This document shows, in pieces, positions 59,899-64,000 of a DNA stretch of 64,000 bases. The stretch covers positions 62,001 to 126,000 of the forward strand of contig JAWMAR010000748.1 of the NCBI GenBank assembly GCA_036785375.1, given 5' to 3'. Position 1 is the stretch's first letter. Each line of letters begins with the position of its first letter. This DNA comes from Leucoraja ocellata (Eukaryota). The notes below the pieces were generated by a model. It ran no database searches, had not been told where the DNA came from, and worked only from the letters and a program-made list of their open reading frames with translations. Both the position numbers and the translations under genes were made by a program.

Positions 59899-62715
59899 TG
59901 TGGCTCGCCATCTGCTCACAGACCATGCGTCCCGGCCCCTATGCAGAACAAGGTTGCCCACCCCTGCTGTAGACAATACACTATGCGAGAAAAATAAGTT
60001 GGCTGATGTAAAATTTGGGTGGTATGGTGGTGCAGCTGGTAGAGAGCTGCTGCCCGGGTTTGATCCTGACCTTGGGTGCTGTCTGTGTGGAGTTTGCATG
60101 TACACATTAGTGCTAAGTCATCACACTTTTGCATCAACTGCCCACAGGCCTTCCCAAACCTGTTGTGCTGCTACAAGTAAAAATGTAATTGTTTTGTTAC
60201 AGATGACACTAAAACATTCTTCCCGCTCTTGACTATGTGACTCCGTGGGTTTCTTCCCTCATCCCAAAGACGTGTAAATTTATCAGATAATTCTCCCCTG
60301 CAAGTTGCCCCCCCGGGTGAACGGGTGATCAATGGTCAGCATGGCCATTGTGTCGCTGGGCTGAAGGGCCAGATTTTAGGTGGAATCTCTAAACTAGACT
60401 AAGGGCCAGCCGGCTCACTGGTGCAGCTGCAGAGTTGCTGCCTTACAGTGCCAGAGAACCAAGTTCGATCCTGACTACAGGTGCTGTCGGCACGGAGTCT
60501 GTATGTTTTCCCTGTGAAACTGTGGGATTCTCCAGGTATTCCAGAATCTCCGGGTACTCCAGATTCCTCCTACACTTCAAAGGCGTGCAGGTTTGTAGGT
60601 TAAATGGCTCCTATCAATTGTCCCTAATGGGTAGGATAGAGCTAGTGTGTATGGGGTGATTACTTCTCGGTGAGGACTCAGTGGGCCGAAGGGCCTGTTT
60701 CCGCACTGTATCTCTAAAGTTTAAATTAAACTAAGCTAGAAGTTTTTTGGATACAATTTGAATATCATGTTCCGAATATCATTTTTGGTTTCTTGAATAC
60801 CATGAACAACAGCGGTTAATGGCTTCTTGTGCAGAATACCTGGAATTTGAGGAAAAGTTCTATCAGTAAGTTGAAGTCAAATTTCAATGCAAAGATTTTT
60901 CCAGCATACATATTGTCTTGTGTAGGAAGGAATTACAGATGCTGGTTTAAACCGAGGATAGACACAAATGCTGGAGTAACTCAGTGGGAGAGGCAGCATC
61001 TCTGGAGAGAAGAAATGGGTGATGTTTCGGGTCGAGACCCTTCTTCAGATAAAATATTATCAGGGACAGTCAGACTGGTGGGAGAATTATGAAGGGGAGG
61101 GATGGGGAGAGAGGGGAAACAAGGAATACTTGATGTTAGAGAAGTCATTCTGTTTATTCTCCCTCTCCATCTGATGGGGAGAGAGATTGTCTTTCTTGCC
61201 TTTTTCAGTTGCTTGTTGAGATTCTGACGTCTTGCTGTTTCTCTTGATTAGATGGCTTATGGCTTCCCAGCCATTTCCCTTTTTGTTGCGAGTTCTCTGC
61301 TGATTTGTTTGTACGTGGCTTTTGTTTAATTTTGAGTAAATACAGATGGTGCTGCAGGTACTCAGTGGGTCAGCCAGCATCTATCATGCCATCGTATATG
61401 TTGATATTTCGGGCCAAGACCATGCATTGGGGCTCGGAGTGTCTGAGTTTCTGATTAAATTGGTCAGAATTTTGTCCCTGGAAATGGATAGTTTATATGT
61501 CGAGTGTGAAAGCTGTGATGCAGTGTTAGGGTGTGGGGATTTCGAGACTAGTTTGAAAGCCCAACAATGAAGGAAGTGGTGAACACTGCCTGGTCCATCA
61601 GGGGTAATGAAGATCACACTATTGAAGTGATCTGTAGGAGGTTGCTGCCTCAAAAAGGCAGCCAGCATCTTCAAGGCTCCTCGCCACCCTGGGCATGCCC
61701 CCATTTCACTCCTGCCGTGAAGGTGGAAGGTATAGGAGCCTGAAATCTATGACCTCCAGGCTCAAGAACAGCTTCTTCCCAATGACTGTCTGGCACTAGA
61801 ATTGTGGCACAATGGTAGAGTTGCTGCCTCACATAGTCAGAGACCTGGGTTAGACAATAACTATGGGCGCTGTCTGTACATTCTACCTGTGACCACCTGG
61901 ATTTTCTCCGAGTGCTCCAGTTTCCTCCCACGTCCCAAAGACGGGCAGGCTTGTAGACTAATTGGCTTTGGAAAATTGTCCTTGGTGTGTAGGATAGAAC
62001 CAATGTATGAGGGGATTGCGGTTGGCGTGCTGCGGGCCGAATGGCCTGTTTCCACGGTGCATCTCTAAACTAAACTACAAACAATAGCTAAACCGTGAAC
62101 TATGAAATGTCTTCTCTGCACTAAGTACTTTAGGCATTTTTGCACTAACATTGCATTTTAAAAATGTATTGGATTTTTTTTGTTCATTCCGGTATGTTAT
62201 CTGTCAGTGCTGTGTTTCTAGTCCTGTTATGCTGCTGCAAGAAAGAGTATCATTGCTCTGTGTTTGGTACATATGGCAATTAAACATTCTTGAATTGAAC
62301 AGTGTAGAGAAGGATTTATTTTGCACATAACCAACTGGCCTATCTCGGATGGCAATGCTTAAGATGAATACTTGATTGGAGTGCTTTAGGTTTCACACCA
62401 ATATTTTAGAATTCATTAAGATCTGTTTCTCTTTCCTTTTCTTTCAACGAAACTTCTAATTAATCTCTATTCTACATTTCTATCTTGAATCTGAAGTGGA
62501 AGTGTCAACATGGCCACATCCTACCACAGTGATGCAGCCAGCTACAAGTTCTGAAGATAAGGCACAGAATATTAAGAGTAACTCTGGAGAACATGGACAG
62601 GGGTTGTTTTGGGTGGGTAGCCTTCTTCAGTCTGTGTTCTGAAGGACATCAGTTCTGTTCCAGGCCTGGGCAATTCCTGAACACACAAACAACCACTCTT
62701 GTGAACAGTGATAAT

Positions 62716-62753
62716 CAAAGATCCTATAGCAGAGCTCTGCTATAGGATCGTTG
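62716..62753. mobile_element. 38-bp minimal palindromic copy of the CAAAGATCC MITE
   Basis: CAAAGATCCTATAGCAGAGCTCTGCTATAGGATCGTTG flanked by a perfect TSD GTGATAAT. Confidence 0.8.
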
Positions 62754-64000
62754 GTGATAATGACTCCATCTAAGATAATTACAGACATCTTTTAAAAGTA
62801 AAAGTAACATAGGGAACTGCCAAAGCCCCGAAGGGTCCTGAGCTGAAACATCATCTATCCAAGTTCTCCACAGATACTGCCTGTTTCACTGAGATACTCC
62901 AGCACATTGTGTGTTTTCTTCCAAAAATAAAATCACTCAATCCCCACATGTCAATTAGTTTATAGAATCAACATAGAGGCAGGAAACATGTTCCTGATGT
63001 TGGGGGAGTCCAGAACCAGGGGCCACACACAGTTTAAGAATAAGTAGTAAGCCATTTAGAACAGAGAGTGGCGAGTCTTGTGGAATTCTCTGCCTCAGAG
63101 GGCGGTGGAGGCCGGTTCTCTGGATGCTTTCATGAGAGCGCTAGATAGGGCTCTTAAAAATAGTGGAGTCAGGGGATATGGGGAGAAGGCAGGAACGGGG
63201 TACTGATTGGGGATGATCTGCCATGATCACATTGAATGGTGGTGCTGGCTCAAAGGGCCAAATGGCCTACTCCTGCACCTATTGTCTATTAACATGGTGA
63301 CAGGCTCTTCAGCCCATCGAGTCCAGGTTGCCCCTCACCCATTCACGCAACTTCTATGTTATTCCACTTCGGCATCCATTCAAGAGTTACGAGTGCATGT
63401 GATTTATACACTTCCCTACTCCCATTAGGGGACAATTTACAGGCCGATTAACCTTTAAACCCTTTGGGATATGGGAGGAAGCCAGAGCACAAGGAGGAAA
63501 GCTATGCCGTCACAGGGAGGTCATGCAAACCACACGTGGACAGGTCGGGATTGAACCTGTGTATCTGGCGCTGTGAGGCTGTGGCTCTACCAGCTGCACC
63601 ACAGTGCCCAACCGCTAATGAAGCCTTTGTGAGGGGGACTGATCCTTCAGTAGAATTCTAATCCTGTGTTTAGTGACTTTGTCATCTATCCTCTACGGTA
63701 CCGTTACAGTGCAGTACAAGTCTGAAGAAGGGTCTCGACCCAAAACGTCACCCATTCCTTCTCTCCAGAGATGATGCCTCTCCCGCTGAGTTACTCCGGC
63801 TTTTTGTGTCTACCTTCGGTGTAAACAGCATCTTCATTTCCTTCCAACACAGGACAATCCATGTTTATCTGTGATTGCATTCCTGAGTGTTTCTGTTAGC
63901 ACTTTGGATGTTTGTGCTTGGGCTCAGGACGTTTTATTGAAGTTGTCTTTGCAGTTCGAGCTTTATAGAGAGGCCTGAGGAGTAGATACAGTACATTACA

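Noticed and set aside
52650-64000. Exon 2 of the GNS-like gene (expected TPxKKT...F.NA)
   Set aside because: No convincing match found by eye; it probably lies beyond the window.

Overview
Eukaryotic, repeat-dense vertebrate DNA. The repeat complement (HE1-like tRNA/V-SINEs, CR1 LINEs, Penelope-like tails) points to a cartilaginous fish, probably a skate or ray; this is an inference. The minus strand carries a complete family-X DNA polymerase gene in 11 coding exons (ATG 43938 to TGA 2013; 1590 nt, 529 aa; all introns GT-AG and phase-consistent). It is best called POLM (Pol mu), although it has TdT-like residues at a key specificity motif. Divergent from it, the first coding exon of a GNS-like sulfatase starts at 52518 in a CpG island. 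POLM intron 7 holds a structurally complete ~5.1 kb DIRS1-type tyrosine-recombinase retrotransposon (12034-17157), with ITRs, an ICR, a 3-nt crossover and a few disabling mutations. It shows an HIV-like slippery site at the gag/pol junction and an unusual arrangement of splice signals. The rest is dominated by short Penelope-derived insertions carrying minimal hammerhead-ribozyme motifs (often as fold-back palindromes with TSDs), CR1 and Rex/Babar LINE fragments, SINEs, Harbinger-type MITEs and a P/hAT-type MITE family with 8-bp TSDs that includes a 38-bp minimal copy.
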